Shown in pieces: positions 1-12,907 of a stretch of 64,000 bases of DNA (position 1 is the first letter of the stretch; each line of letters starts with the position of its first letter). Under the pieces are notes generated by a model. It searched no databases and was not told the DNA's origin. It saw only the letters and a list, made by a program, of their open reading frames with translations. The DNA comes from Bilabrum cf. latius (lineage: Eukaryota). The DNA lies in assembly GCA_965178125.1 (NCBI GenBank), contig OZ237746.1, forward strand, positions 682,001 to 746,000, written 5' to 3'. A program made the position numbers and the translations under genes.

Positions 1-2
1 AT

Positions 3-3000
3 CCGCAGTACGGTCAGACCGCCACCAGCGAGATCTTTGGGGCCGCGTTCGTGCTCGCACTCCCTGCCGTGTCACGTTGGCCGGATGGACTGTACAACGC
101 GTCCGACGGACTGTACAGTTCGGCAATTTCCAATCAGGTCGGGCTGACCCTGCCAGCAGGGAGGCAGGCTGTGGATCGGCTGCAATCGCTGTCGGGAACA
201 TCTGGGATCGTAAGGGACCCTGCAGTCATGCAGCCACTTGCCCTGCTTCAGTCGAATCACCGTGCGGATCTGACTAGCATGGTCACTGCCTCGTAGTCAC
301 CCGGGTCGTCACACCCACAGTATTCTCTCAGGACTGCCAGGTCGGTGTTTGCTCGACCGCGCAGCAGCGGTGTTGCAGATCCGGTGGCACAGCGCTTAGC
401 ATCTAGCAGCGAGTGCGACGGGGGCTCGTGGCAGACCTTGGCAGAACGCGACCCTACTGGCTACAACTTCTACACTGGCCTGGCCTCCGCAACCGCTCTG
501 GCCAATGGAACTGTACTGCTGACAGGGGGTGACAAGCGTCTGGGTGGAACCAGTTATTATGGCAACCTACTTCGGAGTGACGACTACGGTAGCTCTTTCT
601 ATGTGATGGGCGTCAACAACATTGGCGTAGATGCTGTTGACACCCACAGAAGCATCATTGCAGTGCCAGCGGAAAAAACCGAGCGCCATAATAGCTAGAA
701 TGTAACTATGCGCAACCGTGACACAATGGCCTCGGATCAGACCGTCTTGATCCTTGGGGAGGGTACAATCCAGTCGATTGCTAAGTTCTATTCCTACATG
801 GGGGGATTACAAGGACAATTCACGCAGACGGCAATGAATAACGTATACAAGCTTAATCATTTTGCGGTTGCCACGACGTGGCACGGTCCGGCGACGGCAC
901 CGTCGTTATATATGATGGGTGGATAGCAGCAAGGCGCGCCTGGCGACAGAGTGTACAAGAGTACGAACGGGGGTTTCTCCTGGAGCTAGCAGCAGGCTCG
1001 GCTACCCGGCAGGTGCAGGAAGAACGGAGGAGTAGGCACCTACGGGGGGATCCCAGTAGTGACGGGGTGCCTCAACGAGTTTTCCAGCGAATACGGCGAC
1101 TCTGACTCCTCCGCCACTGCTGCCTCCTTTGATAACGGCGTGTCGTGGACGGTCACCAGCCGGACGGTACACGCGCACACGAGGAGCTACTGGCCTCCGA
1201 GGAGGGTGACACGTTTAGTGGCGTTGCCAGACGACAGCATACTCCTGTGCGGAGGGAAAGACGAAGATTCAGGAAACAGTATCGGCGGTGGCAATGGAAT
1301 CTCTGGAGAGGATCTATTCGGCGACTGCTGGCGCTCTTGGGACCACGGCTTGCACTGGGAGAGGCAGCTGGCTCCCAACGGTGGATTCGACGTGTTTCCC
1401 GGCGGCAAGCCGCTGGCTGAGCACTCCATGGTCCATTTAGGGGGCGGAAGGGTGATTGCCATCGGCGGACGCACGTCATTCACGTCCAGTATCTACATTG
1501 GCGTGATCGGCGCGACGTTCTGCCTTCAGAGGCCGGCTCAGTCGCACGCTCTTCCTGAAGGCAAACACGGACCCTCATCAGATTTCGATCCCTGGCCCAT
1601 GCTGTGCCCCAGGGGCGCCAAGCGAGGCACCGCGGGATGCATGCTGCCCCTGCGAGTATCTAGTCAAAGCTAGGACGATCCTGTGAAGCTGCTCATTGAG
1701 TATTCCTCCTCACAGGCCTCTTTGCTGTCACACTGGGCCATCAACGAGGGCGGCTATGTGAGAGCACTCGTCACGCATCCGGACTCGATGTCCAATGACA
1801 CTGTCGTGCAGGTATCCGTTGAGCCTGCGGATCCGCATGATGGAGGCTTCACCAGCATGAGGAATCTGCACGGGGGCCACCCCTTGCACTTGTTCAAGGA
1901 TGTGCCCGAGACGCCGTCTGTCGATGCCCTGAATGCTGGCATGCAGGTGGACGGTCTTCCGGCTGCCAGCGGCAACGTGTACGGCCCCTCGATTGCGCAG
2001 CCCATGCGGCTAGTGCTTAATGTACCGCCGCGACTGGCTGGCCTGGATGTGCCCTTCCACAGCATCGGCAGCCCGCCGGCGTCCATCTAGCTGCAGAGGA
2101 AATGGACGACATGGACGACTATCGCGCGATGCACTGCTTGCCTAGGCCGCGGGGAGCTCTTGTTACCTCGTGCTGCCTTCCTGTCCGGGCCCAATGGGGC
2201 TGCTCTGCCCAGCGGTGCTACAACTGACTCGCTTGATGTGCAACAGGCAAGTACAGCCGGTTTTGAGGTGGTCATCAGGGGGGAGATGCCATTGGCTTCT
2301 ATGCGCAGGGGGGGCGCGCTTGCTTTCATTCAGGTGGGGAACAACTCGGATTGGAGGTCATGGGGTAAGCTGACCAGCCTAGATGGCAACACCCTGAGCC
2401 CAGCTGCCTACACCAAGGCAAGGACAGCGATCCTCTCGGCAGAAGCCAGTGATGTTGGCATGCCAGTGCCCCCGCGATCCTAGCTGGATTCCCTGAATCA
2501 GACCAATGGCATCCCAGACGCGCTCGGGTACCAGCTCGTGGCACAGTTCCCGCCAGTGCAGACGCAAGAGGTCACTGAGCTTCATGCAGCGGTGTGCGTC
2601 TTCTGGCCCGGCCTTCACCCCATCCCCAGCGGGCTGGCGGCCGCCCTGCCCAGCGACCCCTGGGGACCCATGGACACCCGATTCTTCTCGATTTACCCTA
2701 GTGACTCGCTGCTGGGCAGACGGGCCGCCTCTTTGATTGAACTGGAACGATGGGCCAGCGGGAGAGAGGACATGGCCTGCTCTATGGTCAGGGACTTTTA
2801 CGGGACTGGGCGGCCTGTAGTTCTGGCGACTACGAGCAATGCTACCATACCCTCGGTATTCTACGCACCTGTTGCGGTTCGAGCCGATTTCAATCGGAAT
2901 GGATTCAAGGTATTCGTTGCCGTGCCGAGAGAAACTATGACACGGATAGGATGGGTGGACGCAAATGGCGATATCACCGCATCATTTGAGCAAGGCATGC

Positions 3001-6000
3001 AGGTGGAGCTCGAGTACACGAATGGGGACGCAACGTTTTAGCACACCGTTGCCTCACTCATCACTGCGTGGGTGCAGCCGAGCGAAGCACTATCCTCTTT
3101 GCAGGCACAGGGAACTCTGCCCCGGATTGTACAGGCACTGGAACGGCGGGTGGGTTCCTCGCCCATATCGTACCAGGCAGGCACTCGTGCACCAGACCAG
3201 TTCCTGCTAGGTGTGCCGGTGCCTGGTGCCTGGAGCTCGATCGGCATCCATTCATTCGTAGTAAAGAGCGTGCAGTAGCAGTCGTCGGGATCTGCAGTAC
3301 CCCAGTTCGATGTGAGCTCTGCTTCCGGGTCAAGTGTGAGGGTGTTTCGCTTCGCACCATACGTGGAGCAAGCCGGTCTCCTCTCGCAAGGCACTATTCT
3401 TGGATGCGCTGCGGTGAATGATTCCGGATCAGCGTGTCCGGTGCACGTTCCAGACACCATTGGGGGCATCGTGACGGATGGAAACGAACCTGTAGGACCT
3501 GTGTAGCTCAGGCTGGCGTTGCGGTTGCACCAGCACGCTGCCGTTGGGTTTGATGGGGAGGATGTGTACCAGTAGCATGGCTCCATCTTCGGAGTCCCAT
3601 CCGTCGTCATACCACAGCGGCGCAGGCCAGACATACCGAGGGACTACATCATCGCTCCAGTAGACATTGTGGTGCCTTTGGCTGACATGCACGAACGGAT
3701 GAGTCAATACGATAGGGTCGAGCTGCACGCAGCAAGGTAGGCTCCCAATGAAACGATGCCGCCGCCGGGGAGCGGAAACTTTTGCTTCGGAAACCACACC
3801 ACCGCCCCCATGCAGCTCAGTACAGTGTATCCCAACCACACCATGGACATCCAGCTGCCTTACGTGGTGCCAGCAGTGCTCACGGGTAGGAGTGTGGAAG
3901 CGATTCAGCTGGCTCGCCATGGAACTTCGATCACAAGTGAGACGCCTCTGAGGGTAAGCAACTGGACGGGGCAGCCCTTGGCTGTGCGAGCTATCGGTAC
4001 GTCTATCTCGGGGCACTCTCGATCGAGCGACGTTCGGATGCTGGTAGGTGACTAGGTGTTCTCTCCCATCGCTCAGGGTGATGTTCTCGGTGGTGCAACC
4101 ATCGCAAATGTGTTATTTCTCCCGCGTGCGTATGAGCTTATTTCGGCAGCGGCGAGGAAAGCGGATTTCGCTGCAAGGGCGCACACGGCGCGCACTCAAG
4201 GGGAGCTGTACGGGTGGGATGGTGAGCAAGGTGAACTGGACGTGCGCCTGCCCATCCGGCTAGAGGCCGCCCCGTGCCTGGCTCCGTTTGGATCAGGGGC
4301 GCGAGAGGAGCAGATCGCCAGGCTTCCCATGCCCGCCGTCGGTGCACAATTGCGGCTCCGAGTGAATGTGACGGACAGCAGCTTTGTGCCGTAGTTCATG
4401 GAGAGACGTGTCCGTGCGGTGGAATTGCAGTCGAGTGTGCGGCATGTGATGAGTGCTTCGAGTGCTGCATCGGCCCGGCCGGAGCTTCGTGCAGCGATCG
4501 AATTCGCCTTCTAGCAATCGACGGGGCAAGAGGGTGAGCCTCGGCCTAGCACTTTCAACGGTTCGCCATACTTGCCGTACAACTCTACGGTGACGCGCAA
4601 GCATGCTACGCTGTAGATAGCTGGGCAGGGGCTTTCGCACTGGCCCGATGGTCGCGATCTGCTAGTCTCGGTCCAGGGTATGCCGTGCGAGATAGTCTTC
4701 GCCGGGCACGATATGGTCATTGCTTCGTTCCCTGCACAGACGCTCAGGAATATGGCGATATTGCACCTGGCACAGTAGGATTTAGGTGGTACACCATTCG
4801 GGTCCACCGTCTCGGTGGAAATGCCTGTGTCCTTATTCAGCATGTCCTCCTCCAATCCGAAGAGGTGGGACTGGGACCACAATCCTGAGCACAGCGGCTA
4901 CACACCACTGCCGATGGATTCCACGGCCAGACTTAGGCTTGACGTCCCAGTGCAGCTCATCCACCAGGTGATTCAGTTCAGGGAGCTGGCTCAGGTGAGC
5001 ATGTATCCATCGCTTTAGGGCTCACCTGGTGATAGCGTGGCTTTCAAGCCAGATGGATCAACGGTGCTTGAGACCCTGGCGCGGCAAGGCGAGACAGACA
5101 TCGCCGACGACTCCAGCCTGGGCGGGGTGTTTGCGGACTGGGGTGCAATCGCGACGAGTGTGAACAACGCCAATGGAAGTGGCATTGATCTACAGCGTGT
5201 GCAGGTGCAGGTGGAAATCCCTCAGGCGGTTAACAGCACGCAGCTGGCGGCAACCACCGCAGGACTGATTAAGCTAAGGTTGGATGGGACTGGCATGACT
5301 GCGAAAGCAGGTCGCGATGTGCTCGTCACACTCGGTGAAAGCTGCCCTGTAGTTCCGGTCTGGGACGAGACGGCACTGGATGCGTTCGTGGGCGTGGTAA
5401 CGAAGGACTGTTTGCGTGGAGCTCTTGAGGAACAAGGCGGGCTGACCCAGGCGACTGCTGAAGTGAGCATGTGGCATCTGGACGATGTGGACGCAACTGC
5501 TGAGGAGCTGGACGAAGGTCTGCAAGAGCACACGTACGTAAAAGTGCCGACTGCAACTAGCGCGAATATATCGGCTCTGGTGGTCGCAACCCCAACCGTG
5601 CAAGGCACTGTCCTGCAGTCGAGTGTGCGGTCAATCGTGGTCCACGCCTCAGTCGGCCGCGGCAGCACCCCGCATGAATTGAGGCCACCTGCTCCTGCTG
5701 ACTGGTTCCGCAAGGACAGGGGCATGGCGCCGCGCGATGAGGCCGAGGTCAGGATTGACCTCCAGCTGCCTGCACCGGACCAGTCCTCCCTAGCTGGGCA
5801 GGCGGATCCAGCCCAGGACGGCCTGGTAGAAGCTGCCAATATCCGGGCTGCGGCCAGCCTCGGGTACGAGGGGCCCCGCGATGCAAATATCTTCGCAAAT
5901 AGCACGAACATGTGGCTGCATGTGCGCGTGCCGGTGGTGGCTCTTCAGGTGCAAGCACTCTAGAGCGCTGTAGATCAGGCGACCAGGCTGTGGATTACAC

Positions 6001-9000
6001 CGCTCGAGGCGGGTGCAGGAGATGCAGTGCACTTTTGGGCGAATGGCGCAACCGAGCTGCCAGCAGCGTACAACGCAAGCAGCCTATGGTTACGAGGCGC
6101 CGTGCAAGTATCCGTTGAGCTTACCATTGGTGCTAAGTCGCTGCGAGCTTCCGACCGAGGCACAAGTCTCGGTTTTGGATCCCCCGTCACCTTGGGCGAG
6201 CTGGAGTCGTCCACCCGCGGGATGATCTGGGCATGGGTGCCTCCTCCATTGGCTGGACTCAGCCAGTCGGCACTGGAGACAATACTAAAAAGCGGCACTC
6301 CGACAGCCCCAGTGCAGATGCAGCCGCCCTTGCAAGCACTACAGGAGCTGTGGCCCCTACGAACCGACCTCCAGCTGGACAGCGCCCTGCAGATGATGCA
6401 GCTGGACGGCCCCACGGAGGCACAGGCAGACGGGGCTGCAGACCTGCCGGTGCATGTGACGAGTGGGTTTGAGCTACCGCCCGGCACGCACCAGGATATT
6501 CGAAGCACCGCGTTGGCTGTCGTGCAGACAAGCTATCAAGTCGATGAGGCCACAGGTGCCGTCACGCTGGTGCTGGATGGCGGGCCCGGCCTGTCGCCCG
6601 CTGCCGCGCTGCTGAGCCACGGGCAGGTGCTGCTCGGAGCAGGGGCACCGCATGCACTCGTCACATGGTCTGGCAGGTCGTTGTCCCTTCGCGACAGCCC
6701 CCTGCTGTCCCTCGGGCTGTACACGCTGCAAGGCAGAATAGCGCAGCTGAACGACTCCTCCACCGCACCGGACATAGTGCACAGCGGTAGGAGCAGCGAG
6801 GCGGTGTCAGTGGCCGTGATGCAGCGGCCGTTGGACGCATGCAGGTGGCCCAGTGGGGCCGCTCCCGCTGTGACGAGTGCATGGAGCTTGCCTTCGGGCG
6901 AGGACGCAGGGGACGTGCTGTCGGCTGGCTCGTCCTTCCAGTGTCCCGCTGTCAGGCCTCTGCCACCTGACTCTGGCAGCATTCGCGCATGCGGGCCCAG
7001 GGTACTAATCCGGACCACCGTGTGCGCGGGTGCGTGGCTCTCCGGAAACATGCACGACCAACAGGGGGTGCAGCCCACTGCGGTCCTCGGGGAGGTGCCG
7101 GGTGCGTCGGCTCACGCGCTGGGACGAGTGGCTCTCGGCTGGCTCCCTGACTAGGTCAATGTATCCGTTCAGTTTGTGGAAGCCATCGACCAAGCAGGGT
7201 CTGTATTGCATGATAATGTGTCGATTCGGGTGACTGGTCCATTGGCAGGGAGCGGGGCGGAGTGGACGGCTGGCTCTGTGGCGGCTGGACTGCAGGCCGG
7301 CATCGAACTGGGGGCAGAGGCAGAGGCCAGCACTGGTGGGATCCTTAGGGGGGCGGTTGCGTCTGCGACGGTGAAGCGGGTGGCAGCGGTCGGGGTGGCG
7401 GCCAGGTCGGCCGGAGCTGTTTCCGGTTTGGAGGTCGCGGGCTTCGTGCGCTCTGCCGTGCCGGATGGCTGGACCGCTGTCGATGACGCGAGCGTGCTGG
7501 TTGGGCTGCTTCCCACCAGCGCCAGGCCACCCGCAGGTGCTGACGCACTCGTTGGAATGGATTCCGGGGCTGCAGGTTGCAAGGGGGCAGTGTGCATTGA
7601 ACTGCAGCTCGGTGCCTCTGTGGTGGCCCCGCCTGGATAGATCGTGGGGGGCGGAGGCATGCGATTCGCGAGGGCAACCGCTTTGGCCACCTCATCAAAT
7701 GGCCCGAGCGTGGGAACATCTGCATCGTCGCAGCTGGGATCTCCTGCTGATTTATCACTTGCTCAATGTGATGCGGGGGCAGCTGCCGGGCCCGGCGCCG
7801 GGTCTGATAGCGGTGGATCGGTTAGCATCTTTGTAGACGACGAGGACGTGGCCGCTGCTGCTGCTGCCTCCAACCAGCACCCGTCCTCGGTGCGCGCCGC
7901 TCAGCTCCTGAACGCCCCTCCTCAGGTATCCGTTGAGTCTCCCTTCCCTGACGACGAGAGTGCTCTGGCCCTGCTCTCTGTCGAGGACCCCACCCTGGCC
8001 GTGGGGGTGCCAGTGCAGCCAGCGGAGGGCGAGGCACTGGTGGTGGCATGTCTGCCGCACTCGCTGAGGACCGGTCCCATGGGCGTGGGCGTAGGCGAGA
8101 GTAGAGGTGATGGTGATGGTGATGGTGATGCAGGTGCAGGTGCGGGTGCAGCGGACGGTGGTGCAGGTACACCGCCTGACGCATTCTCGGTCTGGCCCCC
8201 GGTGCAGGTGCTGGATGGCTCTGTGGACGAAGGGTGGGAGGCAGGAGGCGCGGCGAGGGCGGGCTTCGATATCGGGCTGGAGCTGCAGGACAGGCTGGAC
8301 CAAGCTCCTGCGGGCATGGGCCGCATGCGGGCATGGGTCGTGTGCGTGATCGTCAGCACGGAGCCTGGCGCCGCGCAATCCCTTGCGGAACTGACCCAGG
8401 GCCGCCTTCTGCCCAAGGTGCTCCCAGATGACCTGGCCCAGCTGCCCGGGCCTGTGCCACAGGGCAAGTACCAGATGCCGTTTGCAGTGGCCATGCCGGT
8501 GCGGGCCCAGCCGGTCCGCTGGCCAGCTGCAGCAGACGTGCTGATTCGCCTACCTGACGCTGTCTGGGGAACAGCGGAGGCCGGGGCGACTGACCTTGTG
8601 CCTGCTCCCGGATCCGCAGCGGATCTGCTGGGCAGAAGCAGCCGATACGTGTCTGCGTGGGGGTCGCAGGGCAATGCGGTGCAGACAGAGGTTGGAGATG
8701 ATGGTTCGGTTGAGAACAGGCGATTGGGATCCATTAGAACATCAAGCAGCTTGCCGCCCGTGGCCTCTGGCAAGACACAAAGGCGCGTTTTGGCATTCAA
8801 TGCCACTGATCCGGACCTTGCGCTGGCATTGGGCTCGGCTGGGTCATCGCCGAGCGCCGGCTCCACTCCCTGGGTGGGTCCCTCCATCGTGGTGAGCGGG
8901 TCTTCGGATGTGACGATTGCGTGCCCCGAGGCGCAGGGGCTGGCACTGGGCTAGGGAACAAGCAGAGTGCCCTGCCTGACCCCGGGCTCCCTCGTGTTCG

Positions 9001-12000
9001 TGGGTGGAGCCCAGGCCGATGTGCTTGCGGTGAGTGCAGGCATGGAGGCTGCCAGGGTGCGGGTGCCGCCTGCAAGGGAGGCGTGCAGGGGGACCCAGGG
9101 AACAAATGAAGGCGCGACGAGCTGTCCACCGCTTGCGGTGTTGATTGCCACTGCTCCCGCCAGGGGAGCAGACGGGCAGGCAGACCCGGGCGTGGTGTGG
9201 CCCCCGGACGTGACCAGCATTCTGGCCGGCATCACGGTGGATGTAGGGGGTGGTGGTGGCAGGAGGGTGCAGGGCACTGCGACGCAAGGCCCATCCCCGC
9301 AGGTTGCGGTAGACCTGAGGACGAGCACCCTGATGCGGTACATTTGCTCCTCCTCCTCTCGCTCGTCACAGTGGCTGCGGCTCGCGCGATCCGCAGTGGC
9401 CACCACCGGTGATTTGGGCGGGTGCGTGCTCCTGGGGCCTAGTCCTGCCCTTGAGGAGGTCGACGACCAGGACGGGGCTGCGAACGAGGCAGAGACAGGA
9501 GCCCAGCCCCCCAGCGGAACCGACCTGCTCCTGAATGTGCACGTGTCCGGAGCCGATATTGCGGACTCGGAATCCGGTATTGCCGCTCTCGTGCTGCGGG
9601 GAGGCATCGAGTACGTGTAGCAATGCGTTGGATTCCCGCCCCCCGGATCCTTGTGCGCGGACAAAGACGCGGTAGAGGCGGGGCTGGTGTGCGCCTTTGG
9701 TGCCGGGGAGGAATGCAAGTCGTGTCCTGCTGGAGCCGTGTGTCCCGGCGGGTTCAAGGCATAGCCTTTACCCGGCTACTGGGCCGAGTCGGAGGCCACA
9801 GGGGTGGTCCTGCGGTGCGAGCCCCCTGCGGAGGAGAGGTGCCTGGGCTGGGACGGGGGTCAGGCGCTGACCGTGTGCGGGGAGGGATACAGGCAGGGGG
9901 TCACTGGGTGCTCCAGGTGCGAGGACGGGAGGTATCCTGAAGCAGACGGCAGCTGCCAGAAATGCCCCGACTCGCCCTCTGCGTGGCTGCTGCTTCAGCC
10001 CATCCTCGTGTACGGGGGCGGAGTGGCGGGGGCGTGCCTGCTGCTCATGGTCGCGGTTGGGATCGTGGCTCACATGAGAGAAATCCCGCTGGGACTGGCT
10101 GCCAAACGGACGGCGCAGTTCACGCTGTATGCAGGCGCGTTGCTGCAGACTGTAGCGCAGGCTGGCAGGGCGGTGCAGCCGGGCTTGCCCCAGTGGTACT
10201 ACACGGTGGTGCGGATGCTGGACGTGTTCCGGTTTGAGAGCTCCGCGCTGGTGCACCCCGACTGCATCGGGGCGGTGAAATTGGCCCAAGAGATGCTGGT
10301 GCTGGGGATAGCCGTTGGGCTGGCTGGGCTGGCTTACGTGTGCTTCTGGGCTTCTGGGCTTCCCAACGGATCAGCAGCGGAGGACAGTGCCGGCGGGGAG
10401 CTGGGTCCTGCCAGGAGGAGGGTAGAATCGAGGCAGCGGGCACTTCACAAGATGATGGCGGGGCAGTCCCTGCATGGGGGCAAGCCTGTGGGTGTGGCTG
10501 CGGGCTTGTAGCCTGGCAGCGCATCTGTGATGACTATCGCCAACCCCATGTAGTAGCACAGTGTGTAGCCGACGGTGAATGCGAAGCCAACAATGCGGAC
10601 CCGCGGAGACGGCGTGTCGAGCTGTGGTGTGGCCTCGCGCGGATTCATGACGGCGCTGTCACTTGTGTATGCGATCGTGTGCACCACCGTGGTGCAGGTG
10701 CTGGATTGCCGGGCACCAGAGACGCTGGCTAGAGCCGCAGTGGACAGCGGGGTGGACGCAGTGGTCTTGCCCGAATCAGCGCTGGTGTCTGTGGCTGACC
10801 TCATCAATGGGACGATGAACGGCACCTCGGATTCAACGAGGAATGGGACCATGCCGGGCCCGGGGCTCTCGGGTGATCTAGATTCGCTGGACGACTCGCT
10901 CATTGCAAGGCAGGTGCTGGCCAGCTTCGGCCACAGCACGGATGACCTCGATGTTACCCTTCTGCTGGGAGACCCGACCGTGGTGTGCTTCCGAGATCCT
11001 GCCCATCGATCGGCGGTGGCTATTGCCGTGCTGGCCATCCTCGTCGTCCTTGTGGGATACCCTCTTGTGCTCCTCTACTGGGTCCTACCTGAGATCGACC
11101 GCACCGTCCGCAGCTCGCCCTCGGCCAAACAGCTCGACGCGGCCCAGCTGCAGCTGAGACAGGCAGAAGCAAACGAGAGGAGGCAGCAAGCGGCAGGCGC
11201 AGGAAGCTGGCTGCATGCCATCACGTGTGGCCTGCTATCGCCCAGCCAGGCCCAGCCATCCAAGCCTGATGAGTCCCTGACCTCTGGCCCCTTCTCACAC
11301 GTGGGTGCCCGAGGTACCATTCGCAGCCTGAGGCGAGCCTATGCTATGGACCAGCAGCTGGTGCAGGTGCGGGCCAAGCCGTCAAGCGGTCCCTCTTTGG
11401 ACACTTCGCCGCTGCAGTCGCCCGGCGTGACCTCTGGTGTGAGAATTAGCCCAACCATCGCTCAGAGCTTTGGATCCAGGGGTACGCCAGGGAACAAGGG
11501 TGGCCAATCACCGGCTCGCTCCCGCGCACGTAGCTTCACCTTCGATGAAGAAGACGTCAAGGCAGCAGAAGGCAGTGGTGGACAGAGTGCAGCCATCGCC
11601 GCCTCCCCTGCCAAGGGAGCTGCATCCCCAGCACGCAAGGCTGCTGCCAAATCCCCTCTGCCGCTGCTGCTGCAAAGTCCCAGCAGCGGTCCGTCGGTGA
11701 TTGCTGCGGACGAGGACGAGCGGGCGCTCGTGCAGGGGAAGTCCACAGGTGGATCGGGCAAAGGTGCCATGGTCGGCGTCACTGTGTCCGCCGGTTTGGC
11801 CAGGCACATCGTCGAGACCGTGCGGGACCGGTCGCTGATCCTGCGTCAGACGCACCGACTGGCGTATTTCGCGGACGGGGACTATCGCGCTTCCAGGGCC
11901 TGGGTGCGTGTGGTGGACTGGATGGTGCTGCTGTGCCTGGCCGGGCTGGAGAGACTGTGGGTGCCGAGCGACCCTGGGCGTGCAATGGCCGCTGGACTGA

Positions 12001-12722
12001 CGCAGGTGCTCGTGCTGCTGGTCGCGCTGGCAGTCATCGAGTCGGCCTCGCCCTTCCTCGAGGAATATGAGTGGAAAAGGGTGGGCAAAGTGGGGACTCT
12101 GCTGCTGTCCGCGCTAGCCGTGGGCCTCAATACCGTGTCGGCGCTGCAGTCGCAGCCGAGCATGCGGCCCAGGGAACACTCGCTGAGAGGCGCGGCGCTG
12201 GGGCTGACGTACGTGGTGGGAATCGGGAGCATCACATGCCTGTGCGTCCTCTTTGGACTCTTCTGGTGGACGCTGCTGCAGGAGGACCCGGAGAGCCCGG
12301 CGGCTATCCGGCGATCCAAGGAGAGAGATGTGCAGAAGCAGCTCGAGCTGAAGCAGCAGGCATCGAGGGGCGGGGTGTTTGGGGGAAAGGACGGGAATGG
12401 TGGCCTCAGCAGCGTGGTAAACCCGATGGCAGCGAGGCGACGCATCCATACCAAGCCCAAGCCAGAGGCAGAGGCAGAGGGAAACTAGAGGCGACCGTCT
12501 CATTCAGCTGGAGACAGGGCGCTGACTCCCTCGCATGACCGACCAGCCGAGAGCAAGCAGCTGCAAGAGCTCAACAATGCCCCGGGGCGATCCCCTAGAT
12601 CGCTGCTGGTAAGGGCAAAGAGCAGCAGCGAGGAAATGATGGCCGGGCACTTGCAGCCAAGCCGGAACCTGGCAGGCGGGCGGGGCCGCAAGGTGCGCCG
12701 AAAATCGCGATGGGAGACTTAA
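3..12722 (+). CDS. Giant cell-surface protein, 5'-partial, >4200 aa (TAG=Gln): BNR/Asp-box/kelch-like propeller region, long ectodomain, Cys-rich repeats, multi-pass TM C-terminus
   Basis: ORFs starting at 51, 345, 708, 1059, 1683, 2160, 2538, 3072, 3312, 3756, 4056, 4815, 5037, 6027, 7176, 7644, 8967, 9804 and 10575 share one frame and are separated only by TAG (~29). The first non-TAG stop is TAA 12720-12722, followed by AT-rich intergenic DNA. Asp-box motifs RSDDYGSSF, KSTNGGFSW, ASFDNGVSW, RSWDHGLHW; Cys-rich CPAGAVCPGG..PGYW..CEPP..ERC; several hydrophobic helices after 9990. Confidence 0.85.
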
Positions 12723-12907
12723 GTACGGACACTGAACGACTGCTACATATAAGAAGTACTTATAAATTAAAATCTCGCAAGGGTCAACCAGCAATCGAAC
12801 CGGACGCGTGATGAAGCCAAGCGCCGGCCAATAGGCAGTCTGTATTTCTTTATAACGTGCTGCACCAAATTGAAATTGTGTTGTAGGCAACCTTAACCCG
12901 GGAGGCA

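Noticed and set aside
9762-9764. TAG as Trp (e.g. A-to-I editing of UAG) or as pyrrolysine; CPGGFKA-TAG-PLPGYW would suit an aromatic residue
   Set aside because: This is a single ambiguous site. Multiple direct alignments show CAG/Gln, and TAGs abound in polar low-complexity tracts where Trp is unlikely. Pyrrolysine is not known in eukaryotes.
12889-12900. Telomere-like aaccttaaccc next to the retroelement (and ccctactaacccta at ~40347)
   Set aside because: Only one or two imperfect units. The second is simply antisense of TAG/GGT codons in a coding frame.
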